Part shown: positions 46,172 through 56,169 of the stretch, one piece after another
How the letters are laid out: each line of letters begins with the position of its first letter
Numbering within the stretch: the stretch's first letter is position 1
Source: an uncultured Bdellovibrionales bacterium
GTDB taxonomy: Bacteria; Patescibacteriota; Minisyncoccia; Moranbacterales; GWC2-37-73
Assembly: GCA_964609855.1 (NCBI GenBank)
Contig: CAZSTB010000001.1
Coordinates: 119,170-183,169, forward strand
Length of the DNA: 64,000 nt
Direction: 5' to 3'
The notes under the pieces: generated by a model
Seen by the model: only the letters and a program-made list of their open reading frames with translations
Told to the model about the DNA's origin: nothing
The model's database searches: none
Position numbers and translations under genes: made by a program

Positions 46172-47263
46172 ATGGCTCTTAGATCTACTTCAAAAGCTAC
46201 AATGCAACTTAAGAACTATAATGTGCATTTTTTCTTCGTGCTTCTGGTGGGAATCAGCCTGGCATCTTTTTTCATTTTCAAGCCTTTCTTGATTGCGATT
46301 TTGCTCGCTGCAATTTTTGCCGTAATTTTTCAGCGTCCCTATGAAATGTTTCTTAAGGTTACTGGTGATAGAAAAAAAATCAGCGCATTTTTAACATCGT
46401 TGGTAGGGATAATTCTATTCATCGGCTTGTTTTTTTCCATTCTGGGGCTCATTGCAAATGAAGCGTCAAATTTCTACCGAGATATTGCATCTGAGGGAAA
46501 CATTTATCAGAAATATATTGATCCGCTTGTTGCCAATATAAACAACAATAAGCTGTTGAAATCTTTGGGTATCGATAATTTGATAAACAAAGAATCAATA
46601 AATAATTCACTCAGTCAGTTGGGTCAAAGTTCTTTGGCTATCCTGCAGAAAACTTACCAGGGTGTGGCACATTTCCTTTTCCTTTCAGTTGTAATGTTTT
46701 TCACTTTATATTACTTTCTTGCTGGGGGGCGCGATCTTGTAAGGAAGATAATGTATCTAAGTCCATTAAAAGATGAATACGAAAGAATTCTGATTGAAAG
46801 ATTCATCTCAATAAGTAGGGCTACGATAAAAGGTACATTGGTTGTTGGTATTGTGCAGGGAACAATTGGTGGATTGACTCTTGCCCTGGTGGGTGTGCCA
46901 TCAGCCGTTGTGTGGGGAATTGTTATGGTTTTCTTATCGCTTATTCCGATGGTTGGTACTAGCATTGTTTGGTTTCCTGCTGGCATCATGATGCTGCTAC
47001 TGGGTAATATTTGGCAAGGAGTCGTTATTTTAGCAGTCGGCTTTGGAATCATTTCAATTATTGATAATTTCCTAAGGCCGGAATTGGTTGGTAAGGATAC
47101 TCAAATGCATCCCCTGATCGTATTTTTTGCAACGCTTGGTGGAATCAGTCTCTTTGGCTTTCTCGGATTTATTATAGGGCCAATCGTAGTGGCTTTATTT
47201 TTGGCGCTTTGGGATATTTATGCAATAGAATTTAAGGGACAACTTAAGAAATACAATGCATAG
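46172..47263 (+). CDS. AI-2E family transporter (UPF0118/PerM/YhhT-like)
   Basis: 8-TM topology with the conserved C-terminal GxxxFGxxGxxxGP region. Confidence 0.75.
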   Translation: MALRSTSKATMQLKNYNVHFFFVLLVGISLASFFIFKPFLIAILLAAIFAVIFQRPYEMFLKVTGDRKKISAFLTSLVGIILFIGLFFSILGLIANEASNFYRDIASEGNIYQKYIDPLVANINNNKLLKSLGIDNLINKESINNSLSQLGQSSLAILQKTYQGVAHFLFLSVVMFFTLYYFLAGGRDLVRKIMYLSPLKDEYERILIERFISISRATIKGTLVVGIVQGTIGGLTLALVGVPSAVVWGIVMVFLSLIPMVGTSIVWFPAGIMMLLLGNIWQGVVILAVGFGIISIIDNFLRPELVGKDTQMHPLIVFFATLGGISLFGFLGFIIGPIVVALFLALWDIYAIEFKGQLKKYNA

Positions 47264-48142
47264 TTGATGATGTTGATTGATTATTACCAAAATATTCCCC
47301 GATATCTTGATCCGATCGCTTTTGCGGTCGGTTCTTTTTCTGTACGTTGGTACGCATTATCATACATGGTTGGTTTCCTTGTGGTTTATTTGGTTTTGCT
47401 AAGGAGAATTGAGAGAGGTGAGTTTGCGCATTTAATTAAAGTTTCAAATTTAAAATTTAAAATTAAAAATGAGATAGTCGGAAATGCGACTAAGGATATT
47501 TTAAGTGATTTCTTTTTGCTAGCTTTCTTTGCCGCATTAATTGGTGGGCGCTTAGGGTACGTGATTTTTTATAATTTTTCTTTTTACGCAAGCAATCCTT
47601 TGGCGATAATTTCACCATATGTGGGCGGAGAATATGTCGGAATTTACGGGATGAGTTACCATGGCGCCTTGTTGGCAATAATAATTTCAAGTTGGTTTTT
47701 TTTACGGGCCAAGAAAATCCCTTTTTTACCCTGGGCAGATTTTGTTTCATTGGCAATTCCGTTGGGATATTTCTTTGGAAGGATAGGAAATTTTTTAAAT
47801 GGAGAACTGTATGGAAAAATCACGACATCGCAATGGGGAATGTATTTCTCCACTAATGAATTAAGACACCCGTCCCAATTATATGAGGCAATCCTGGAAG
47901 GGTTATTGCTTTTTATCCTTTTGCGAGGTTGTGAAAAAAGGAAAATGCCAAGTGGGAGTATTTTCTCTCTATATTTTATTGCATATGGAACAATGAGAAT
48001 CGTAGTTGAATTTTTCAGGGAGCCTGATTCGCAAGTAGGTCTACTATTCAACATTTTAACTTTAGGACAATTATTATCGATACTTATGATAATTATGGGC
48101 ATCATTTCCATTTCCAGAATATTTGTTTTTAAAAAAGAATAA
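47264..48142 (+). CDS. lgt: Prolipoprotein diacylglyceryl transferase
   Basis: Lgt signature FFGRIGNFLNGELYGK. Multi-TM. Start abuts the upstream stop. Confidence 0.85.
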   Translation: MMMLIDYYQNIPRYLDPIAFAVGSFSVRWYALSYMVGFLVVYLVLLRRIERGEFAHLIKVSNLKFKIKNEIVGNATKDILSDFFLLAFFAALIGGRLGYVIFYNFSFYASNPLAIISPYVGGEYVGIYGMSYHGALLAIIISSWFFLRAKKIPFLPWADFVSLAIPLGYFFGRIGNFLNGELYGKITTSQWGMYFSTNELRHPSQLYEAILEGLLLFILLRGCEKRKMPSGSIFSLYFIAYGTMRIVVEFFREPDSQVGLLFNILTLGQLLSILMIIMGIISISRIFVFKKE

Positions 48143-48191
48143 AATATGTTATACTTTTAAAAGCAAATCGCATATAAAGTTTTAAAAAAAT

Positions 48192-48593
48192 ATGAACAAA
48201 AAAATATTCAGTTCAATTTTAATAGTTGCTGTTTTTATTATTGTTGTGTTTATGGTTCGAGAAGATCAGCAGCCTGAAAATGAAGCTGCGACAATTCTTC
48301 TAGCGAAAGGCGGGGAGGCAAATTCAGACATTCATTATTTTTATGGACAGGAATGCTCGCACAGTAAAAATGTTGAAAAATTCATTAGTGAAAATAAGGT
48401 AGAGGAAAAAATTTTTATTACGAAAAAAGAGGTCTGGCATAATACTGAAAATGAATCTGATATGCAGATAAAAGCCATGGGTTGTGGACTTAGCAGTGAT
48501 AAGGTTGGGGTTCCGTTTCTATTTGCAAGAGGTAAGTGTTATGTTGGTGAAATAGAGGTTAAAAAATTCCTTCAAATGGAAATTGGCTTGTAA
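48192..48593 (+). CDS. Hypothetical membrane-anchored protein (possible thioredoxin-like fold, single Cys)
   Basis: N-terminal TM. YFYGQECSHSKNVEKFI is weak evidence only. Confidence 0.3.
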   Translation: MNKKIFSSILIVAVFIIVVFMVREDQQPENEAATILLAKGGEANSDIHYFYGQECSHSKNVEKFISENKVEEKIFITKKEVWHNTENESDMQIKAMGCGLSSDKVGVPFLFARGKCYVGEIEVKKFLQMEIGL

Positions 48594-48633
48594 ATGCCAT
48601 GAGGCACAAGACTATAAGAATTAAGGGTTTTAA

Positions 48634-49650
48634 ATGAAACAAAAACAAAAATCATTAGATATAAGCAAGGCTAGGGTGGTCCAGGATGAATCAAATTATG
48701 ATGCTCGATCTGTTAAATCGGTACTTTTTTCGCGAGGAAAAAAGACCGAAACATTTTTCACGGAAGATTCTCGTTTATATGTGACTCCTCGCGAACAAAT
48801 ATTGATTAGAAAAGGAATAAATCTTGATAGAGGTACTAGGCAATGGGATAGTCTTAGTTCGCGGATTGTTTCTCGTTTCGTTTATCAAAAACCAATGGGA
48901 ACAAGTATTCTCCTTAGGCACTTGGAAAATCGTTATTCGATTCTCAATGCTTCAATTGATGAAGCTTCGCAGGGATTTGCTGATTATTTCTCCGTTGTAC
49001 GACTTTGGAATCTTTCAATAGTCGGCTCAATTTTATTTGGTATGGTGACGATGACCTTCATATATCGTTATCTGGGACAAGGTGCAGCAGCTGACCAGCT
49101 CAATGCTCCTGAGGTTTCACAGGAACTTATTCAGGCAGAAAAGGTTTTAGGAGCAGATGTCAGTAGTAATGACGCAGTAGAATTTACCAAGCAGATAATG
49201 CAAATACAGGAGGAAAATGATCAGAAAAAATTTGAAAAAGAATTAAAAGAAATGGTTAAAGGTCACCCGATTGAAAAGATGGTTCCTTATATTATCAAAA
49301 AGGATCGCATAACAGCAGCCTTCATTGTGGCAATTGCTAGAAAAGAGAGTAATTGGGGCAAGCGTCGACCAGTGCTGAATGGTCAGGATTGCTATAATTA
49401 TTGGGGTTATCGCGGTCAGAGAAAATTAATGGGTTCAGGTGGACATACGTGTTTTAATAGTCCTCAAGATGCAGTCGATACTATTGCCAAAAGACTCGAC
49501 ACTTTGATCAAGAAAGATGGTCGCAATACACCCTCAGAAATGGTCATTTGGAAATGCGGCTCAAACTGTTCTGTAACCGGTGGTCAGGCTGCGGCTAATA
49601 AGTGGATCAGTGATGTTGAAGGAATTTTTGAGCAATTAAATATTGATTAA
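48634..49650 (+). CDS. Membrane-anchored GH73-like (ESxWG) putative peptidoglycan hydrolase (paralog family B)
   Basis: AIARKESNWGKR...NYWGY...GSGGHTCF...WKCG. Long N-terminal extension with a TM segment. Confidence 0.5.
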   Translation: MKQKQKSLDISKARVVQDESNYDARSVKSVLFSRGKKTETFFTEDSRLYVTPREQILIRKGINLDRGTRQWDSLSSRIVSRFVYQKPMGTSILLRHLENRYSILNASIDEASQGFADYFSVVRLWNLSIVGSILFGMVTMTFIYRYLGQGAAADQLNAPEVSQELIQAEKVLGADVSSNDAVEFTKQIMQIQEENDQKKFEKELKEMVKGHPIEKMVPYIIKKDRITAAFIVAIARKESNWGKRRPVLNGQDCYNYWGYRGQRKLMGSGGHTCFNSPQDAVDTIAKRLDTLIKKDGRNTPSEMVIWKCGSNCSVTGGQAAANKWISDVEGIFEQLNID

Positions 49651-49687
49651 ATAAGCCCGAAAACTACCTAGCTTCTTAAAAAGCCCA

Positions 49688-49713
49688 TTTTTATGGGCTT
49701 TTTAAATTATGGT
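49688..49713 (+). terminator. Rho-independent terminator
   Basis: aaaaagcccatttttatgggcttttt. Confidence 0.6.
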
Positions 49714-49870
49714 TAAAAAATACCCGCATTATTGCTGAAATAAATCTAAACTGGCTATGTATAAACTGTGGATAAGTAGCTTGACCCGGGAGGCTGTTGT
49801 TGGTAGCATTGAATCTGTGTCTCTGGTGGGAAAACTGCCTAAGGACAGAATAAAATTTTAAACTTAAACT

Positions 49871-50617
49871 ATGAGTGACCCTTTACCCTTGGGGAAAACG
49901 TACAAATTAAAGACCCTTAAATTAATTAAACGATTTATGGGCGCCCTAAGAAATCTCAATTTTCTATCTGTAGCGGTCGTAGTGATAATTTTTGGCTTAA
50001 TGCTGCGCATTAATGACGTACAGTCAGCTGCCAGGGCTAAGGCTGAGCAGGATCTGCCTGATAAGAAAATTGAAGAAATGGTCAATAAAAGTGCTTTATT
50101 TCAAGAAAGCTACCTATTTGACAGCTCTGCTGAAACTATTGAGCAACTAAATGAGAATAATAAGACCGTTTTAAAACGGGATATTGTAAAAGATGGCTCA
50201 AATGAGCTATTTTCCAAGAAATTACAGGAAATTGTGGGTGATGCGCCTATCTCTGAAATGGTGCCATTTATCTCAAAAAGAGACGAAAAAGTTGCGGCTT
50301 TTTTGGTGGGCATTGCTAAAAAGGAGAGTAGCTGGGGACAACACGCACCTAGTCAAAACGGTAGAAATTGTCATAACTATTGGGGATATAAAGGTTCAGG
50401 CAGTTTGGGAACAGGAATGGGATATGCTTGTTTTGCAAGTGCTGAGGAGGCTGTAGAAGTTGTAGGAAATAGAATTGAGGTTTTGATAAATAAGAAAAGA
50501 GACACTCCATCTCGCATGGTCGATACCTGGAAATGTGGTACAACCTGTAAAGGTGATCCGGGAGCTCCAAGTTGGGTAGCAACTGTTGCGCTATATTTTG
50601 AAAAAATTACAAGTTAG
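49871..50617 (+). CDS. Membrane-anchored GH73-like (ESxWG) putative peptidoglycan hydrolase (paralog family B)
   Basis: GIAKKESSWGQH...NYWGY...WKCGTTC. Tandem with 48634. Confidence 0.5.
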   Translation: MSDPLPLGKTYKLKTLKLIKRFMGALRNLNFLSVAVVVIIFGLMLRINDVQSAARAKAEQDLPDKKIEEMVNKSALFQESYLFDSSAETIEQLNENNKTVLKRDIVKDGSNELFSKKLQEIVGDAPISEMVPFISKRDEKVAAFLVGIAKKESSWGQHAPSQNGRNCHNYWGYKGSGSLGTGMGYACFASAEEAVEVVGNRIEVLINKKRDTPSRMVDTWKCGTTCKGDPGAPSWVATVALYFEKITS

Positions 50618-50650
50618 ATAGCGGCGGCGATTTTACGCCAGTTCTCGAAA

Positions 50651-50677
50651 AGTCCTGCAGATGCAGGGCTTTTTTTG
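50651..50677 (+). terminator. Rho-independent terminator
   Basis: agtcctgcagatgcagggcttttttt. Confidence 0.6.
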
Positions 50678-50699
50678 TTTGGCTACAATTTTCGGCTCT

Positions 50700-50905
50700 C
50701 TGTCATTTTGTGTGCAATTCCTGTGTCATTCCGAGCGAAGTGAGTCGACCAAGGGGAGATGAGCGCAGTTGAGGAATCTGAGTTAAATAATTTTTAAAAT
50801 CTGGCATTGAATGCGGATCCCTGCGCCATCGCTAAAGCTAAAGGCGGCACGCGGTCGGCTACATTTCTCCGCTATCGCGTCGTCATTTTGCTCGGGATGA
50901 CAAAT
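50700..50905. repeat. MITE-like element, copy 3 (~180 bp, terminal inverted repeats tgtcattccgagcg / gctcgggatgaca)
   Basis: TIRs at 50724-50737 and 50891-50903. Left end is shared with copy 2 (gtcattactcgctcgg) and, inverted, with the copy-1 end. Confidence 0.5.
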
Positions 50906-51190
50906 AACAAATAGTTATGGTGCAAATTGTTGTTCTTTTCTTTTGCTAAGGTGTGATTTGAACTTAGCCACCACTCTGGTTAATATAGAGTCCATTTTTC
51001 TTTAAAAGAAGATTTTAGTGTATAATGAAGTTAATATAATTCTTAATTTTAAATTTAAATTTTTTTTAAGTAATTTTTAATGATAAAGGGTAATTTGCAG
51101 AATTTAAAAAGCTCAGGAACTTGCACTTGAATATTTACATCTTATTTCATTTCAAATTTAAAAATTTAAAAATTTAAAATTTAATCAGTA

Positions 51191-52132
51191 ATGTCTTGGA
51201 TTTTTTTAGCTACAACTTCATACTTCTTTGGGGCATTAACGATTATCTTGGATAAGTATCTTTTACGTTCGGAAAAAATTTCCTCCCCCCCTATTTATGC
51301 CTTTTATGTTGGTCTAGCTGGGATGGGCGTGCTTGCATTTTCACCGCTAGCTTTTTTTTATCCTCAATTTGCATTGAAAATCATTTCTGGATATGAATTT
51401 TTGCTGGCGCTTGTCTCAGGTATCTTATTTTTGGCATCTATAACCGCGATGTATTTTGCGATTAAAAAATCTGAAGCCAGTAGGGTCACGCCTGTTGTTT
51501 ATTCAATTATCCCCCTGGTAACCCTCTCATTGTCTTGGATTATGGGTACGGAGATTTTTTCCGGGCAAAATATTTTCGGTATCGCACTTCTGATCGCAGG
51601 TGGCTTGCTTGTTTCTTTTGACTTGCCGCTTAAGCTAAAAAAGAAAAAATTCTTTGCAGGTTTTTATCTTTCTATTTTTTCTGGAATTCTAATGGGAATC
51701 TCGCTTCTTACGCTCAAGGAGATTTATCTACACCAAAGTTTTTTTAATGGTTTTGTCTGGTCACGTGGCGGAGCTTTGATTGGGTCCTTATTATTACTTC
51801 TGCACCCCTTGTGGCGCAAGGGGATAAGCAAGAGTTTTACTCACGCGCATAAAAATAAGCAAGAAAATCTTAAAACTGGAGGATTATTCGCTCTCAATAA
51901 ACTCTTGGGCGGTTCAAGCTCGGCCTTGATAAATCTTGCAATTGGTGCTGGCAGCGTCACACTGATTAGCTCCCTGATATCGATTCAATATGTTTTTGTT
52001 TTAATCATCGCAATTTTAGCAGGAAGACGGCTGCCACATATTTTTGAAGAAAGAATGCATTTTTGGGATTGGGCACAGAAAGTCATGGCCATTTTTATTA
52101 TAGCAGTCGGCATGTTCTACATTTTTAAATAA
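51191..52132 (+). CDS. EamA/DMT-family transporter (10 TM)
   Basis: Duplicated 5-TM EamA halves. Confidence 0.65.
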   Translation: MSWIFLATTSYFFGALTIILDKYLLRSEKISSPPIYAFYVGLAGMGVLAFSPLAFFYPQFALKIISGYEFLLALVSGILFLASITAMYFAIKKSEASRVTPVVYSIIPLVTLSLSWIMGTEIFSGQNIFGIALLIAGGLLVSFDLPLKLKKKKFFAGFYLSIFSGILMGISLLTLKEIYLHQSFFNGFVWSRGGALIGSLLLLLHPLWRKGISKSFTHAHKNKQENLKTGGLFALNKLLGGSSSALINLAIGAGSVTLISSLISIQYVFVLIIAILAGRRLPHIFEERMHFWDWAQKVMAIFIIAVGMFYIFK

Positions 52133-53203
52133 ATGTACTCTAAATCTAAATCTAAATCTAAAATAATTATGGATCCAAGTAAAAAGCTGGCTGATTTTGG
52201 AAAAAAAACCATGCAAATCCTACTATACATTTTCGGAAGCCTTTTAGTGCTGGTGATTATTTTTTTTATCTGGATTAATTTACCAGTAAGCGCTAGAAAA
52301 GAGAATGTCAAAGTCGGTGTTACCTTCTCGAATATTTATGCTGAGCAAATCGGACTTGATTGGCGTCAGGTATATCTTGCTATGCTTAGTGAGCTTAATA
52401 TTAAGGATATCAGACTTCCGGTTTATTGGGATCGAGTGGAGACGGGTCCTGGCCAGTATGATTTTACAGATTTGGATTGGCAACTGCAGCAAGCTCAAGC
52501 GCATGGAGCAAGGGTGATTCTAGTTATTGGCGAAAAAGTTCCAAGATGGCCGGAATGCTATGTTCCTAAATGGGTAGGAGTCGATGAAAAAGATCTTACT
52601 GGAAAATTATTGGCCTTTGAAGTTGAAGTGATAAACAGGTATAAGGATGGACATCCGGAGATAATTCATTGGCAGGTTGAAAACGAGCCATTTTTAGGAT
52701 TTGGAATCTGCGGTGAAGTTGATCCGGCAAGACTTGATGCTGAAATTGCTCAAACGCGCAGACTTGATTCATCTCGTTCTATAATAGTTACTGATAGTGG
52801 GGAACTTAGTCTTTGGATAAAGGCAGCTTCGCGAGCTGACATCTTTGGTACTACTATGTATCGCGAAGTTTACAGCGCGGAAATGGGTCACTGGCGTTAT
52901 CCTATTGGGCCAAATTTTTTCAAGGCCAAACAGTTGTTGATTAGAATTTTTGCAAAACAAAAAAATGCGATTGTAATTGAACTTCAAGGTGAGCCATGGG
53001 TAAAGGGATGGACTGTGGATGCACCTGTTGATGTTCAGCTTGCTTCAATGAACTCTTCCATTCTTATGGATAATGTGGAATTTGCCAAAAAAACAGGAAT
53101 GGACGAAATCTATGTTTGGGGCGTCGAGTGGTGGTATTGGATGAAAACAAATCAAAATAACGCGACACTTTGGGAGACTGCAAAGAGTTTTAATGAAAAA
53201 TAA
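52133..53203 (+). CDS. Membrane-anchored glycoside hydrolase, clan GH-A TIM-barrel (family not assignable by eye)
   Basis: VENEP catalytic acid/base motif. W..VE..PG.YDF..LD pattern common to GH-A (GH5/GH42-like). N-terminus contains an SKSKSKSK tandem (tctaaa repeated four times). Confidence 0.5.
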   Translation: MYSKSKSKSKIIMDPSKKLADFGKKTMQILLYIFGSLLVLVIIFFIWINLPVSARKENVKVGVTFSNIYAEQIGLDWRQVYLAMLSELNIKDIRLPVYWDRVETGPGQYDFTDLDWQLQQAQAHGARVILVIGEKVPRWPECYVPKWVGVDEKDLTGKLLAFEVEVINRYKDGHPEIIHWQVENEPFLGFGICGEVDPARLDAEIAQTRRLDSSRSIIVTDSGELSLWIKAASRADIFGTTMYREVYSAEMGHWRYPIGPNFFKAKQLLIRIFAKQKNAIVIELQGEPWVKGWTVDAPVDVQLASMNSSILMDNVEFAKKTGMDEIYVWGVEWWYWMKTNQNNATLWETAKSFNEK

Positions 53204-53245
53204 AATCCCTGTAAATTTCGACCAAATCGGCAAGACAAATACGAA

Positions 53246-54394
53246 ATGCAAGCATACATTCCTCATAGAAATAAAAAGCACTCGTGGCGGACAGCAATCT
53301 TTGTTGTTTTTATGGTGCTTATTTCTGCGGCGGTGACATATTCCGTGAAAGCATATTCTCAAAATCTTAAAACCGTGGCGACACTTGAAAAGTCATTAGT
53401 TGATGAATTCACTTCTGGTTTAGTTTTGAATTTTTCAATTCCCGTTAATCAAGCTAGCGTTGAAAAAAAATTGACTTTAATGCCCACACAAAAAATCATT
53501 ATGCGGTGGGAGAATAGCAGTCGGCTTATAATTTTGCCTGTAGAGAGTTGGAGAAATCAAGTAGAATACAGAATAAATCTGGAGGGGGAGAATATCTTTT
53601 TTCAAAGTTTTACGCAAGAATTAAATTTTAAGACACGCTCTTTTCCAATGATCCAGGAAACTTTCCCGCAAGACGGCCAAAGAGACGTTTCGGTAGATAT
53701 CGAGCAACCTATAAAAATAAAGTTCAATGCTTCTCTGGAAGATTTCAATGTGAATTTTAAGGTAAATCCTCGCACTTCATTGACTTGGCAATTAAATGAA
53801 GAAAAAACCGAGGTGAGCTTATTGGCTACTGATGACTTTTCTTGGGACACGCAATATTCAATAGCTGTAATGATCAAGCATAAAAAGCAGACAGATAATG
53901 AATATGTGAAAACGAAGCAAATAACTTTCCGCACGGCGAAAAAGCCTCAACTTGAAGCTTGGGAGTCTAATCCCTTGCTTCGAGTAGAGCAGGCAAAGAA
54001 GTTTGCAGTCGCAAGAATTAAAGCTGGAAAATATATTGATATTGATCTAGTTCATCAAGTGATGGTAATTTTTGAAGATGGAAAAGCGCTCGATTCCTTT
54101 ATGATTTCTTCGGGAAAAAAAGGGATGGAAACTCCACAAGGTGAATTTTCAATTCAAAACAAGCACCCTCGTGCATGGTCCAGGAAGTATGCTCTTTTTA
54201 TGCCTAATTGGATGGCGATAGTTCCCTCTGGGGAATATGGTATCCATGAACTTCCAGAGTGGCCAGGCGGGTATAAGGAGGGCGCAGATCATCTTGGCAA
54301 GCCAGTCTCGCATGGTTGTGTGCGACTTGGTGAGGATAGTGCTGAAAAAGTATATGCCTGGACTGAAACTGGAACACCGGTCGTGATTCACTAA
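53246..54394 (+). CDS. L,D-transpeptidase (YkuD domain) with N-terminal Ig-like domains
   Basis: C-terminal catalytic SHGCVRL motif. Membrane anchor. Confidence 0.8.
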   Translation: MQAYIPHRNKKHSWRTAIFVVFMVLISAAVTYSVKAYSQNLKTVATLEKSLVDEFTSGLVLNFSIPVNQASVEKKLTLMPTQKIIMRWENSSRLIILPVESWRNQVEYRINLEGENIFFQSFTQELNFKTRSFPMIQETFPQDGQRDVSVDIEQPIKIKFNASLEDFNVNFKVNPRTSLTWQLNEEKTEVSLLATDDFSWDTQYSIAVMIKHKKQTDNEYVKTKQITFRTAKKPQLEAWESNPLLRVEQAKKFAVARIKAGKYIDIDLVHQVMVIFEDGKALDSFMISSGKKGMETPQGEFSIQNKHPRAWSRKYALFMPNWMAIVPSGEYGIHELPEWPGGYKEGADHLGKPVSHGCVRLGEDSAEKVYAWTETGTPVVIH

Positions 54395-54525
54395 TGGATA
54401 TATTTTTGCTATAATGAAAGAAGAATGTAGACTTTTTCTATGGGCGTCATTGTTTTTGCTGAAAAGCAAATTTGGGAGATAGGAATTTTCATTGCATTTT
54501 TCTTCACTAAAAATAAAATATAAAA

Positions 54526-56169
54526 ATGAAAAATTTTAAAAAGAATAGTTTTGTTTTTTTTGGCATTATTTTTTTTACAGCTGCAAGCGTATTTATTGCT
54601 ACGAATCTTCTTGCGCAAACCCAAGCTGGAATTGATTTTGATACTACAGCTTCTGCTTCGGTTTGCGGTAGTGCTAATGGCGGTGCGTTTAGTGAGCCTC
54701 CAAAGGCTGAAACATTATGTTTGAACGGAACAGCTAAGCCTGATATTCCAGGCTTTGCTAATAATCAATGGCTTTGGTATTGTTCAAATGCGATTGCAAC
54801 GGTTAAATGCGGAGCAAGCTTTTTAATCCCAGCTTCCAAGCAAATAATCAATGGTGCCTGCGGCTTAAATAGTAGTGATGCTGTGAGGATAGCGCCAAGT
54901 GGCGCAGCTCTTTGTGCTGCCGGAACCAGTGGCGAGGTAAAAACTACTTCAGAAGGTTGGAGCTGGTTTTGTTTGGGCGCGAACGGTGGAGATAATGCAC
55001 AGTGTCAGATAAAGAAAAGTGTAACGATTACGCAGGTTGTTACAAACGGAGAGTGCGGAGCTTCAAATGGTAAAACTTTTTCAACGGCTCCTGCGAGTGG
55101 ACTTTGTTTGAGAGGAGCTGCTACGAATGTTTTAAATATAGGTGATAAATGGAATTGGAAATGCGAGGGAATAAATGGAGGTGCGGTTGCAAATTGTGCC
55201 GCTGGTAAGACAGCTTCCATAACATCATCTACGACAAATCCAAGTACTGCAACTTCCAAGACGGAAACCACGCCTACATATCAATCAGGCTCCTTTACGC
55301 AAAGTAGTCCAGTTGTGGAAGAAAAAAATATCTCCGAAGAGCAAGTTTCCGCGTCTACATCCAATGTTGTCAAAGAAGATGTTGGAGAAGTTATTTGTGG
55401 CGCAGCAAACGGCTGGTCATTTGAAAATGTTCCATCCGACAACACTTTTTGCATGAATGGATTCATGACTGATTTTAAAACGCTTAGTAATGGCTGGGCA
55501 TGGAAATGTACAGTTTCTGGTAAAGAAGTTCAATGTGGGGCAGGAAAAACGGCACAGTTGCAGAATTTTTCAAGGGAGATTTCAGTTCAGCAGCAGCAAG
55601 TCAGTCAAAAAATAATATTAGAAAGTTTGGAAAAAGTTCAGCCTGCGGTACCTGAAGTGCGCGATGGAAAATCTTTTGAAAGTCCTAAGCAAGCAGGGGA
55701 GATTGATTGGGAACTTAAAGTGGAGCATGTCGGGATGGTGGAGCAGGCGGGCGCTAAGAAAGTTGCGCTTGTTGGAAAGGCGCAGCCGGAAACTTTCATC
55801 ACTATTTTTGTGTATAGCGAAGATCCTGTAGTGATCACTGTTAAAGCAGATAAGGATGGAAACTGGCATTACGCTCTAGATAAAGAGTTAGCGGATGGGG
55901 AACATGAGGTTTATGTTGCGGTTACCGATGAGGAGGGAAAAGTAATGAAGAAAAGTGAACCGCTTGCATTTGTTAAGACGGCACAAGCAGCTACTGCCAT
56001 TGCTAGCGAGAGAATTGGTAATATCGAAAATAATAAATCACCATTGCAACGAGCTGGACAAAGTTTTTTAGCGGTAGGAGTTGTCATTATAATGGTGTTT
56101 TTCGCACTAGCTCTGACATTGATTGGCGTTTTAACTCATAAGCATAACGGAGATGAAGAAATTTCTTAA
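54526..56169 (+). CDS. Surface protein with four tandem ~55 aa 4-Cys modules, Ser/Thr-rich linker, Ig-like domain and C-terminal TM anchor
   Basis: Signal peptide. Repeats CG(S/A)xNGxxF...P...LC..G...............W.W.C.G.NGG....C occur four times. Final TM VGVVIIMVFFALALTLIGVL. Confidence 0.6.
   Translation: MKNFKKNSFVFFGIIFFTAASVFIATNLLAQTQAGIDFDTTASASVCGSANGGAFSEPPKAETLCLNGTAKPDIPGFANNQWLWYCSNAIATVKCGASFLIPASKQIINGACGLNSSDAVRIAPSGAALCAAGTSGEVKTTSEGWSWFCLGANGGDNAQCQIKKSVTITQVVTNGECGASNGKTFSTAPASGLCLRGAATNVLNIGDKWNWKCEGINGGAVANCAAGKTASITSSTTNPSTATSKTETTPTYQSGSFTQSSPVVEEKNISEEQVSASTSNVVKEDVGEVICGAANGWSFENVPSDNTFCMNGFMTDFKTLSNGWAWKCTVSGKEVQCGAGKTAQLQNFSREISVQQQQVSQKIILESLEKVQPAVPEVRDGKSFESPKQAGEIDWELKVEHVGMVEQAGAKKVALVGKAQPETFITIFVYSEDPVVITVKADKDGNWHYALDKELADGEHEVYVAVTDEEGKVMKKSEPLAFVKTAQAATAIASERIGNIENNKSPLQRAGQSFLAVGVVIIMVFFALALTLIGVLTHKHNGDEEIS

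Noticed and set aside
50920-51190. Replication origin in the AT-rich aatttaaa-repeat region
   Set aside because: No DnaA-box-like 9-mers (TTATCCACA variants) and no dnaA or dnaN nearby. It is more likely an AT-rich promoter/UP region for the EamA transporter gene.
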